Source: a virus. Taken from it: 64,000 nucleotides of DNA. Of this stretch, positions 33,564 through 42,960 are shown piece after piece. Within the stretch, counting starts at the first letter, position 1. The number at the start of each line of letters is the position of its first letter. The notes under the pieces were generated by a model, which did not search any database, was not told where the DNA came from, and worked only from the letters and a program-made list of their open reading frames with translations. A program made the translations under genes and the position numbers. The DNA is taken from the IMG/VR virus record IMGVR_UViG_3300045988_056936, positions 1-64,000 of that record; one strand, 5' to 3'.

Positions 33564-33980
33564 TTGGAATTTATGAATTATCAGTATTTCGGATTGTTTT
33601 TAAATGAACATAATAGGAATGAGCTTATGAAAATCATTTTTGCTAATCCTATTATAGCTAATCTGGTCCTTCAAAGAGGAAGTACTTTATATCTAGACCA
33701 TTGTACTCTGCTCCACAGAAATCAAAACGACAAAGAGATATATGACTCTCTTGTAAAGAAGATTGATGAATCATGGATGGTAGAAGTAAATGGGATAGGT
33801 TTCTCTAACAAAGCAATAGCTTTTAGAGTTACTATACCAGACTTGCCTTGTGCAAATGCTAAGCCACATATTACTATTTGCACAATCAATGGAGGAAAAC
33901 CAGTTGATAGCAATGGAATATGCGAGTGGATTTCTATTCCCAAACTCAATATTTGTTGTGAAATAAAATTAGTGAAATAA
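33564..33980 (+). CDS. 2H-phosphoesterase superfamily protein (LigT/2',5'-RNA-ligase/CPDase-like) with two HxTx motifs
   Basis: ..DHCTLLH.. and ..PHITICT.. are spaced like 2H enzymes. It is embedded in the tRNA array. Confidence 0.45.
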   Translation: MEFMNYQYFGLFLNEHNRNELMKIIFANPIIANLVLQRGSTLYLDHCTLLHRNQNDKEIYDSLVKKIDESWMVEVNGIGFSNKAIAFRVTIPDLPCANAKPHITICTINGGKPVDSNGICEWISIPKLNICCEIKLVK

Positions 33981-34433
33981 TGTGGTCAAGAGAAAGTCCA
34001 ATGAAAGAATATGCCAGGAAACATCCTGGCTGTTCTCTTCAAGAGTATTGTGAATACTTAGATAATATTGCTAGAGAGGAAGCAGAAAGAAGGAGACTAA
34101 AAGAAGAAGAAAATAATCAACTTCTAAAAAGTTTTGAGGGAAAATGCTTTCAAATAAACTTCAATAGACAATCATTTGGTTATTTCAAGATAACTAAAGA
34201 TATTACTGCCCTTAGAGAAGATGTTAAAGAAGATTTCTATGAAGTTTTCATAGATAGCAATACAACTAGAATAAGTCTTGAAAAGAAGAGAATGATAAAT
34301 CGTCAATGGCTTCCTGGGCAGGGAAGTGAAAAGTGTACAATAGTTCCTGAAGAATTGTTCAATAAGGTAGTCAAGTATTATCAAGAGATGTGTACTATGG
34401 CTGAGAAAATAAGAGACGGGGAATTGTAACCTT

Positions 34434-34515
34434 GGGGTAGTGGCGGAATTGGTAGACGCGCTAGACTTAGGATCTAGTACAGAAATGTGTGAGGGTTCGA
34501 GTCCCTCCTACCCTA
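34434..34515 (+). tRNA. tRNA-Leu(UAG), type II
   Basis: Acceptor GGGGTAG/CTACCCT; anticodon stem CTAGA/TCTAG with loop CTTAGGA; long variable arm; T-arm GAGGG-TTCGAGT-CCCTC. Confidence 0.8.
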
Positions 34516-34746
34516 CAACTTTTATTCGATTATAGATTATGAAAGAGTTAAGTGAAATTATCCAAGAATTGGTAGACAGTAGCAATTCCATGAATCAAAT
34601 TGATTCAAAAACTGCTATACAGTATGTTGTGGAGGCTTACGAAGCTGGAATGGATAAGGCTAAAGAACTTATCAAAGACAGTGGAGAACTTTAATTAACT
34701 GAATGTTCTGAAACATTCATATTAAATAACAATTAAAAATAAAGAA

Positions 34747-35931
34747 ATGAACAAGGTTTGGATGTGTTCCGGGTCTACATACACCCAAGTAGGCTCAGGT
34801 TACAAGATTTCGGAATCTCTTCCGGTTGGTATTTACAGTATTAGTCTGACAATGACAGGTTATCACCTGGATAAGTATGCAGACAAGTTCGTATTTCCGT
34901 ACAAGATGTATGGACTGCAGGAAGATTTCATAGACTATGTAATCAAAACTTATAGTAACACGGAAGGAAACTTGGGAATCATGCTTACTGGTACAAAAGG
35001 TACTGGAAAGACTGTCACAGCTAAAGAATTAGCTAACAAATTGAACCTTCCTGTTATTATAGTAAAGGATATGGGAGACCATAATCAATCTATGATTGAG
35101 TTTCTCTCTGGCATTGAGGGAGACTGTGTTCTCTTCCTAGACGAGTTTGAAAAGAACTTCAGCGAGTCGGATTCTACAATCCTCCAAATTATGGATGGAG
35201 TTTATAACTCTAAGTATCGTAAGGTATTCTTGTTGACTACTAATGCAATGTCTATCAACGAGAATATGGTAGGACGTCCGTCTAGAATCCGCTACGTCAA
35301 GAAGTTTGAAAATCTTGATTTGAAGGTTGTAAACGAATATCTAGACGATGCCTTGGAAGTTCCAGAAGCACGTCAAGATTTGCTTGACTTCATTGATTCT
35401 TTGACCATATCAACTATTGATATTCTCAAAACTATAGTTAATGAAGTTAACATTCATGGAATTGAAGGTTTGAGAAAGGCTAAGAGTTTCTTCAATGTAG
35501 TAACTAATGAGTATGAGTATTCCTGTATCAGAGGTTATGCTTACACTGGAGAAATTGAGCAAGACAAGAATAAGTTCTCTATTGAGAACTTCTCCAAGGC
35601 TGTTGAGAGATTTAATAATCCTATACCTAAGCCTATTGTTAACGATGAGGATAACTGTACTATGGAGGAAAGAAAAGCTCTCAACGAATACTATGAGTAT
35701 CGTCGCCATAACTTCCACAACCTGTCGTATTACTTTATCTACTCTTCTACCAAGTTCAGCAATCTTAAGGTGGGAGACGGCTTCTACAGTGACGAGATTA
35801 TCGCTATTGACAAGAAGTTGAATGTTATTGTTACTAAGAACGGTAACGAAATTAACTACTACTGGATTAAAGATCCTAACAGTAAGCCATCTCTGTATCG
35901 TACAGGAAGATACGATTCTTTGGTACTCTAA
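34747..35931 (+). CDS. AAA+ ATPase, function unknown
   Basis: Walker A GTKGTGKT, Walker B VLFLDEFEK, sensor ..LLTTNA... Confidence 0.5.
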   Translation: MNKVWMCSGSTYTQVGSGYKISESLPVGIYSISLTMTGYHLDKYADKFVFPYKMYGLQEDFIDYVIKTYSNTEGNLGIMLTGTKGTGKTVTAKELANKLNLPVIIVKDMGDHNQSMIEFLSGIEGDCVLFLDEFEKNFSESDSTILQIMDGVYNSKYRKVFLLTTNAMSINENMVGRPSRIRYVKKFENLDLKVVNEYLDDALEVPEARQDLLDFIDSLTISTIDILKTIVNEVNIHGIEGLRKAKSFFNVVTNEYEYSCIRGYAYTGEIEQDKNKFSIENFSKAVERFNNPIPKPIVNDEDNCTMEERKALNEYYEYRRHNFHNLSYYFIYSSTKFSNLKVGDGFYSDEIIAIDKKLNVIVTKNGNEINYYWIKDPNSKPSLYRTGRYDSLVL

Positions 35932-35958
35932 AAACTGGGGAGCTAGTCTCCCCTTTAT

Positions 35959-36032
35959 GTCTGGATGCCTGAGTGGTCTAAGGGAACGGTCTGCAAAACC
36001 GTGTTTCGTGGGTTCGAATCCCACTCCAGATT
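35959..36032 (+). tRNA. tRNA-Cys(GCA), discriminator U73
   Basis: Acceptor GTCTGGA/TCCAGAT with discriminator T; anticodon stem ACGGT/ACCGT with loop CTGCAAA; T-arm GTGGG-TTCGAAT-CCCAC. Track ORFs overlapping it (35410..36024 and the 5' part of 35822..36481) are probably spurious there. Confidence 0.7.
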
Positions 36033-37343
36033 CTACACTAATTTATTTGCCTATGGACAGAAAATTAAGAAGAGAGCTTTCTAAAAGAAAGTGGATTTCT
36101 AGAGCTAAAAAAGTTTATAACTCTTGCGGGAAGTTCTATATCCCGGTAAACGGAATTAAAGCCAGTGTTCAGTATAATGTTCCTATTTTCAGAAATAGAG
36201 CACTGAGAATTTGTGAATCAATTACGGATTTTCTTAATGATTCCAAGTATGCCAAAATGCTTAAGAATTGCACTTCTCCCTACAGAAGTAAGATGATGCA
36301 GTACGAATATAAGAAAGAGAATAGAAAAGATAGATATAAGGCTAAGAAAGATATCCAGGAAGGTATTCAGGAATATGAGTCCAGGGACAATCTTTCATGC
36401 TCATCATGTATATTCTATGATGGAGGTCTATGCGAGAAAGGATTATTAACGACAGATGATTGTCCAGAATATTGGGATTAATTATGGATAAATATATTAA
36501 TGGAAATTTAATAAAGAGGATACTAGTTTTTAAAACTAGAAAACATCCAGAATGGAAGCATAGAATAGCGGATACCAAATTTTTATTCTGGAAAAGGCAT
36601 ATTGATTATTGGTATCTTCTAGACCCATGCTTTGGGACTTACTCTGAGAAAGGGATGCTCGAATCAATTAGTAAGAGAACATCCTTCTACAAGGATGGAA
36701 TAGTATACCAGAAGCCGCATATTATTCTAGAGTTCTCTGAGAGACATGATGAGTCTATCTATTTTGATAGTGATGAGGAAATGGAAGGCTGGCTTGAGTC
36801 TTTCAGGCAAGAATTTGGAAACCATTTATTTATATAGAATAATACCTTTATCCCAGTTTAGAGCTTAGCTCAAGTAGTGAAGAACAGTAGCTATTGGTTA
36901 AAACGAGGTGGAGTGCCAGACGAAAGACTGGAATTAACATAGTTTAACTTTGAATCTCCGACTATGCGGAGTATCATTATGGCAGAATTGATTTTCTTAC
37001 CTAATGGAAAATGCGACTTGAAGTTCCACGCTCATCCCAAGAATTTCAAAAGGGTTGAGAAGTTCAACTACAAAAAGAACTTTTTCAAGGTTTACGTTGA
37101 CCGAAACGACAGCGTTTACGAGATAACTCGCTGCGAGGTGGTTACATGGAAAACCATAGAGAAAGGCAAGAAGAAATTTAACGTCCCTGACGAGGTGAAA
37201 GAAACTCGTGATGCTCACTTGTTTGACAAAATCAAGGGGAATCCGTTCAAAATCGCTATTACTAAGGTAGCTGGCGAGATTGATATGCAGGAGCTGTTAT
37301 CTGAGTAATTCGTTTAGGAGAGTATCGTAAAACTCTCCATTAT

Positions 37344-37418
37344 GCAGGTGTGGTGTTAATGGATTGAGCACGCCAGACTTCCAATCTGGAGGGGAGAGTT
37401 CGAGTCTCTCTACCTGCA
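37344..37418 (+). tRNA. tRNA-Gly(UCC)
   Basis: Acceptor GCAGGTG/TACCTGC; anticodon loop CTTCCAA; T-arm GAGAG-TTCGAGT-CTCTC. Confidence 0.8.
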
Positions 37419-37423
37419 CATTT

Positions 37424-37495
37424 GTGGGTATAGCACAACGGTTAGTGCATCGGCTTGCCATGCCGAGGATGTGAGTTCGATTCTCATTACCTACT
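37424..37495 (+). tRNA. tRNA-Gly(GCC)
   Basis: Acceptor GTGGGTA/TACCTAC; D-arm GCAC/GTGC; anticodon stem TCGGC/GCCGA with loop TTGCCAT; T-arm GTGAG-TTCGATT-CTCAT. Confidence 0.75.
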
Positions 37496-37804
37496 CAAAA
37501 TTTAAGTTTTATGAAAATAAAGTGTACAGTATGTAATAAAGAATTTTATTATGGAGACCATAACTCTCCAATGTTTATTGATGAGGTTTGGAACAAGATA
37601 ATAAATTACTTTAAGCTAACCAATTTTGAAAAAGAAGCTGCAAAGAAATTCTCCTCTTATTACAAAGGGGGAGGTAAAGATTATTATCCAGACCACCATG
37701 TGTTTATCTGTAGCGAATGTGCGGAGAAGGCTCTAGGTAGGGAAATAACTGATAAGGATATTAATGATTCATTATTTAATATCCCATTTAGAGAGAAGTA
37801 CTTT

Positions 37805-37889
37805 AAATCTTAATATCCGTGTGGGTGAATGGTTTAGCCATCAGTCTGCAAAACTGAAAAGAGAAATCTTTAATGAGGGTTCGAATCCC
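37805..37889 (+). tRNA. Atypical type-II tRNA with GCA anticodon and U73 (Cys identity elements) plus a 17-nt variable stem-loop
   Basis: Acceptor ATCCGTG/CACGGAT perfect, discriminator T; anticodon stem TCAGT/ACTGA with loop CTGCAAA; variable arm AAAGA-GAAA-TCTTT-AAT; T-arm GAGGG-TTCGAAT-CCCTC. Confidence 0.55.
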
Positions 37890-37919
37890 TCCACGGATTC
37901 TAATTTTAAATTTAAAAAT

Positions 37920-38546
37920 ATGGCATATATTTATTGCATTACAAATTTAATTAATAGCAAGCGATACGTAGGAAAAACTACTACTTCTATAGAAGAGCGC
38001 TGGAAGGAACATTGTTATGACTTTTAGAAAGAAAGATGCAACAAAAGACCTTTATATGATGCCATGAATAAGTATGGTGTTGAGAACTTTATGATAGAGG
38101 AATTGGAATATGTAGATAGTAACTCTGAATTATCTGAAAGAGAAATCTATTGGATAAAAGAGCTAGGAACTTATGGTTCTAATGGGTACAATGCCTCTAA
38201 AGGAGGAGATGGCACTATTCTATACAATCATAGTGAAATTGTAGAATTAGCTAGATTGGGATATACTAGTTCTTAGATACAAGAAAAAATAGGGTGCTGT
38301 AAAGACACTATTTACAAAGTTTTGAAGGCAAATAATATAAAAATTAGAAAAAGTAACGCAAAGTTAATTGCTTAGTATGACTTAGCAGGTAATTTTATAC
38401 AGGTATTCTTTGGTTCCAGAGAAGCTTAGGAATGGTTAATTAATAACGGAATTACTGACAATAAATCTGCATAGAGTCATATTATAGGATGCTGTAAGAA
38501 TAAAACCAAATCATAGTATGGCTATATTTGGAAATATCTTCCAGAG
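37920..38546 (+). CDS. GIY-YIG homing endonuclease (I-TevI/Seg-like), TAG-recoded (6 in-frame TAGs), free-standing in the tRNA array
   Basis: MAYIYCITNLINSKRYVGKTT..IEERWKEH.. (GIY-YIG). CYDF(TAG)KERCNKRPLYDAMNKYGVENF aligns with I-TevI HLQNAWNKYGEDNF. ORFs 37764..38027 and 38064..38276 are in the same frame, joined through TAG. TAA at 38544. Confidence 0.7.
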
Positions 38547-38701
38547 CCTATTTAATCTTTAAATCACTGTTTCGACATTTTCAGTCTAAATGCCGTGTCT
38601 GGAGACGTTACCAACCAGTCGTGCTATACGGTTAGAATAGTCCGTGCCTCACTGGTGATAGAGGCATCCCTGGGTAGCGGATGTAAAGTAGTTACCAATA
38701 T

Positions 38702-38780
38702 CGTGGAGTAGAGAAGTGGTCATCTCGCTAGGCTCATAACCTAGAAATCGTCATAAACGGTTCGAATCCTACCTCCGCAA
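38702..38780 (+). tRNA. tRNA-like element with CAU anticodon and initiator-like C1xA72, but a disrupted/extended T-arm. Possible pseudo-tRNA
   Basis: Acceptor CGTGGAG/CTCCGCA; D-arm GAGA/TCTC; anticodon stem CTAGG/CCTAG with loop CTCATAA. The T-loop TTCGAAT is present but the 5' T-stem strand is replaced by GTCATAAACGG. Confidence 0.3.
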
Positions 38781-39024
38781 CTAAACTCCTTTTGTGGCTC
38801 TGAATTAGATTAATTATTAACAATTTTAAACTTTGATGTTATGAAGAAAGTAATTAATGTTGTGAAGAAAGCTGCTAAGTGGTATTTTGAACAGAGTTCT
38901 AAGAGCTATACATGGTTAGTTTCTGGAACTATTCCGCCTCCTTATAGAGGTCTAGAGTAAAGATACTACTAAAAGGTAAGTACCAAAGGGGTACTTATCT
39001 ACACCCGTGGAGAAAATTAACTAT

Positions 39025-39096
39025 TGGGGTATAGTTCAAAGGTCAGAACTTTTGACTGTTAATCAAAGAATCATGGTTCGAGTCCATGTGCCCCAG
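39025..39096 (+). tRNA. tRNA-Asn(GUU)
   Basis: Acceptor TGGGGTA/TGCCCCA; D-arm GTTC/GAAC; anticodon stem TTTGA/TCAAA with loop CTGTTAA; T-arm CATGG-TTCGAGT-CCATG. Confidence 0.8.
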
Positions 39097-39622
39097 CTAT
39101 TGACCTTATATTAGATTATGCATCAGTGTGATTATTGTTGTTGGTACTACAGTGGAAATTGTGATTGTCCATATGTAATGAAGAAACAAGCGTGTGAAAA
39201 TGCTTTGAAAACTAAAGAGAGAAATGAAAGACCTATTAGAAAAGTACAAAATGTTTCAAACTCCAAAACTAGCTAATGAGATTTCATGGAAAGACATGAA
39301 GGAATTTAACTCTTATATGAAAGAAGTAGTTCGTGATTATAAGATTAAACAGGCTAAATCAATTCAGAGTGCTAGAAACGTAATAATATCCTGACCTGGC
39401 AAGGTAAAATCCATTCGGGGTTTAAGTTAAAGCCAGTCCCTGCGGAATCATAGAGACCTTTTCTGACACGATAGTCGATGAACTGAGAGAGTAGTATGGT
39501 TGCGGACTTATGCTACTAGAACATGATTCAAACAAAAAACTTATCTGGTGTTGTTAAGTTGTGGAATCTTAACAGTGGAAATTTATGGGTATGTCACCAA
39601 TTAAAAAGAAAATCCCAAAAAT

Positions 39623-39695
39623 GGGCCGTTAGCTCAAATGGCTAGAGCGCTGGTTTTGCACACCGGAAGATAGGGTTCGAGTCCCTGCGTGTCCA
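39623..39695 (+). tRNA. tRNA-Ala(UGC) with G3·U70. The inner acceptor stem is weakly paired
   Basis: D-arm GCTC/GAGC; anticodon stem CTGGT/ACCGG with loop TTTGCAC; T-arm TAGGG-TTCGAGT-CCCTG. Acceptor GGGCCGT/CGTGTCC has only 4 of 7 pairs but includes G3·U70. Confidence 0.55.
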
Positions 39696-39904
39696 CAAAC
39701 TTTATTTAAAAAATTATGAAAGTATATGTAGTTGTAGTAAATTATCACCCAGCTAATGCTCCTCAAAATTATGAAACTGATTGCCAAATCTTCTTAGACA
39801 AGAAACAGGCAGAGAAGTATAAAGAGGCTAAGGAAAAAGAGTTTCCTATTAGATGGGGAGGAGAGTATAATCATTGTAAACTAATTAAAAAGTATTTGTA
39901 ATAT

Positions 39905-39977
39905 CGCGGGATGATAGCAGAGGTAGCTAGTCAGGCTCATAACCTGAAGGTCGTCGGTTCGAATCCGACTCCCGCTA
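39905..39977 (+). tRNA. tRNA-Met(CAU), initiator-like (unpaired 1-72)
   Basis: Aligns position by position with E. coli tRNA-fMet: acceptor CGCGGGA/TCCCGCT with C1xU72; D-arm TAGC/GCTA; anticodon stem TCAGG/CCTGA with loop CTCATAA; T-arm GTCGG-TTCGAAT-CCGAC. Track ORF 39911..40150 over it is spurious. Confidence 0.7.
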
Positions 39978-41311
39978 CTAAGTTATTTTTAACAATTAAA
40001 ATTAGATTATGGATTTCAAGAATCTTACGAAGGAATCTCTTCCGAAAGAATTTCAGGAGAGAATTGAACGTTTCAATCGTTTATTCATTGAAGCTGGTAA
40101 TGGTACATTTGAAGAAAATGACCTATTCGATTATGAAATGGCTTGTATAAAGCAAGCTCTATCATTTTCTGAGTTTTTCAAAGAAATGAGTCTGGAGGAA
40201 TGTAAAGCCTTCTATGAGAAATATCCTAGCTTATTTGAGCTGATTGAGGCTATCAAAGACAAACTTCCGTACTACGACAAAGGACATAGTGGAAATTCCA
40301 TGAGTATGAGTTGGATGCTATACAGGTGTTATAAGGAGAAACCTGAGCTTGTTCCTTATATGCATGGTTGTCTGGCTCAACTTGTTGGGGACGAAGGTTA
40401 TCATGATAATCGTTCTGATGTTCCAAAACTATGAGTGTAATACAACAAGTTTATTTAGCTGAAGCTGGTTATTCTATTTACATAAAGGGAATTAAACCAG
40501 ATAAGGATAATGAATGTTCTGGTGAGATTACTATAAATGGTAATCCCACTAGATTAGAGAGAAAAGAACGCTATCATATTGATGGCAGTATGCTTGTAAC
40601 TGACAATTACCACATTCCTATGGACTTCATAATTAGTTTTTTACAAGCTAATAATTCTGTTGAACAGAAAGAGGATGGTAAAATGTATGTTGTTCTAAAA
40701 GAAGTGGAATTTAAACTCAATAAATAATGTTATCAATACTTTATGACGAATACCTAAAATGGGGTTGTCCCAACTGTGGTTGTGATACCATTAAAGGTAG
40801 TTGTGTATCTGGAGGAGGTTTAACTTCTGGTACTTGTAGGCACTGTGGTATACATTTTGAAGTAAGGAGCGATAATCCTACTATGAAGTGTTTGTATGGA
40901 GCTTATCCAGAGAATCCGTCTGACCCAAACTCTGAATGGGTAAAGGAAGAAGCTATAAGAATAGACCATCCTAGAAAAGGTATTTCTCCTTGGCATTGGA
41001 AACCAAAAGACATTCGTCCAGAGGAAGGAGAATACTGGAGTTCTAGAGGTGTTGGATATGATTTATCTGGATTCGTAAAAACTAAAGCTGCTGGTGAACG
41101 TATTTTAGCTATGGTACGAGAAGTTCTTGGAACCGATGACTGTGAATCTTGGTTAGATTATAGACCAAGCGAGCCAACTTGGATTCAATTCAAGTTTCAA
41201 TCTAGCGAGTTTGACCTAGAGAAACTGAATAAGTTATCTAGAGAAGCTAATAACGTAATTACTAAGGAAATAATTAAACAATGTAAACTCCCGTCTAATT
41301 GACGGGAACAT

Positions 41312-41872
41312 GGGCCTACTTGGATTTGACAGGCGATTACGAATTATAAGGACGTGTAGAGCGCAATCTCTTTAAACGAAGAAAACAAATAACTGCAGAA
41401 ATTGCACCTGTAAGAATGGCAGCCTAAGCTGCTGGCTTGTTGGTAGACACTATTAACTAAGTCGGGTTACGGGAGAGACCTAGAAACAGAAGAGGTTGAG
41501 TATATTGATATAATGGAGAGCTAGGCTCTAATCCTAGTAATATACTCTTAATCAGAACACTCTAAGAGTTAGTAAGACTGAATCTCCTACGTCATAAAAC
41601 AGATGGAAGATGTGTTCCATGAGATGTGACGAATCTCTAAAGTATCATCCCGTTCTCCAACGTAAATGGAGTGGTGGAACGTTGACTTCGGTCAGCCCTA
41701 TAGTTTGGTAGCTTGTAGATAAGCATCTAGAGAAATACTTAGTATGGACTCTTGTAAGACTTATAAAACTACCTAAATGCTAGAACTCCCTAGCTGATGT
41801 AATAAAAATGAGACGCACGTTATCCTTGTAACGAGGGTTGTTTGGACACGGGTTCGACTCCCGTTAGGTCCA
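41312..41872 (+). ncRNA. ssrA: tmRNA-like (SsrA) RNA. tRNA-like ends flank a long internal region (about 560 nt)
   Basis: The 5' end GGGCCTACTTGGATTTGACAGGCG compares with E. coli tmRNA GGGGCUGAUUCUGGAUUCGACGGG. The 3' end GGACACGGGTTCGACTCCCGTTAGGTCCA compares with GGACGGGGGUUCAAAUCCCCCCGGCUCCA. The 5' GGGCCTA pairs with the 3' TAGGTCC. A possible tag ORF ends ..VRMAA-TAA (gcagcctaa) at about 41430. Confidence 0.45.
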
Positions 41873-41878
41873 CATAAT

Positions 41879-41952
41879 AGGGCTATAGCTCAACTGGTTA
41901 GAGCACCACACTGATAATGTGGAGGTTATCAGTTCAAGTCTGATTAGCCCTA
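41879..41952 (+). tRNA. tRNA-Ile(GAU)
   Basis: Acceptor AGGGCTA/TAGCCCT; D-arm GCTC/GAGC; anticodon stem CCACA/TGTGG with loop CTGATAA; T-arm ATCAG-TTCAAGT-CTGAT. Confidence 0.8.
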
Positions 41953-42029
41953 CAAAACCGCCAGCTCACGCGGTATATAAGAAAGGATTGCCGGACTCGC
42001 AGGTGTAACGAGATAAATACCTGCATTTT

Positions 42030-42102
42030 CGAGGCTGTGGTGTAATGGCTTGCATATCACACTGTCACTGTGAAGGTTGGGGTTCGAATCCCCCAGTCTC
42101 GG
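42030..42102 (+). tRNA. tRNA-Asp(GUC)
   Basis: Anticodon stem TCACA/TGTGA with loop CTGTCAC; T-arm (T)GGGG-TTCGAAT-CCCC(C); acceptor CGAGGCT/AGTCTCG. Confidence 0.65.
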
Positions 42103-42109
42103 CATTTAT

Positions 42110-42182
42110 TCCCCTGTAGTTTAGTTGGTTAGAACACGTGATTTGTAATCTCGAGACCTCGGTTCGAATCCGAGTGGGGGAT
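42110..42182 (+). tRNA. tRNA-Thr(UGU)
   Basis: Acceptor TCCCCTG/TGGGGGA; D-arm GTTT/GAAC; anticodon loop TTTGTAA; T-arm CTCGG-TTCGAAT-CCGAG. Confidence 0.7.
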
Positions 42183-42888
42183 CTTTGGTAATTTAATAGA
42201 TTAATTATTTATGACTAGATTAGAAAAGTATTTATTAGCAACAGCTTCCGAGATTATCGAAGCTGAAACCACTGTTTCTCGCTACTTTGTCATTGGAAAC
42301 GTCAAAGTTAGAGTATCAGACCATTTAAGTAAAATGAGTGATGCAGACTTACAAGTAATTATCCCATTGAACGGAGGGACTAAGTATATAGTTACTGTTA
42401 AGGATAGTCCTGGAAAATTTCTTGTATGGAATGCAACTCAAATAAAAGACTTTATTCCTTCATTGCAGATTATTAAGGGCTTGAAGGAAGGAGTGCAACT
42501 TAAGCCAAAACCTAAAGACTCTGCAGTTCAGAAGATTCAGCTAGCATTAAATAATAGTAATACCGATGGAGGTTCGTTAACGTTCGATGGTACTATTATC
42601 GAGTCTAGATTGAAAGAAAAGCAACTTACCTCCAAACAGCGGGAAGTTTTCAGGAGAACTAAATCTACTTGGGATATTTCTCAGATTGGAACATTACCCA
42701 GTATGATTAAAGTAGATTTGGGATTGTCAAATGGTTCTGTAAACGAAGATGTGCAGATATTTCTAACTTGTACATCTTTAACCTACAAAGAAATTCTGAA
42801 CATTTATAAAATAATAGTTGTTGATAACCATATGGTTCCAACTATTAAACTGTTGCAAGAAGCTTATAGCTTAATTGTGCAGTAGGAT

Positions 42889-42960
42889 AGCGCCATCATC
42901 TAATGGTTAGGATTCAGGCTTTTCACGCCTGCCATACGGGTTCGAATCCCGTTGGCGTTA
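42889..42960 (+). tRNA. tRNA-Glu(UUC)
   Basis: Acceptor AGCGCCA/TGGCGTT; anticodon stem CAGGC/GCCTG with loop TTTTCAC; T-arm ACGGG-TTCGAAT-CCCGT. Track ORF 42923..43108(-) over it is spurious. Confidence 0.7.

Noticed and set aside
37805-38780. GIY-YIG gene as the ORF of a group I intron splitting a tRNA
   Set aside because: The upstream tRNA (37805-37889) is complete by itself and I found no split tRNA halves flanking the endonuclease. The downstream tRNA-like element is degenerate but not a matching half.
25000-42200. Possible CRISPR array, suggested by the recurring GGTTCGAATCC/GGTTCGAGTCC motif at irregular spacing
   Set aside because: Each occurrence is the T-arm of a separate tRNA gene with an acceptor stem. 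There is no repeat-spacer periodicity.
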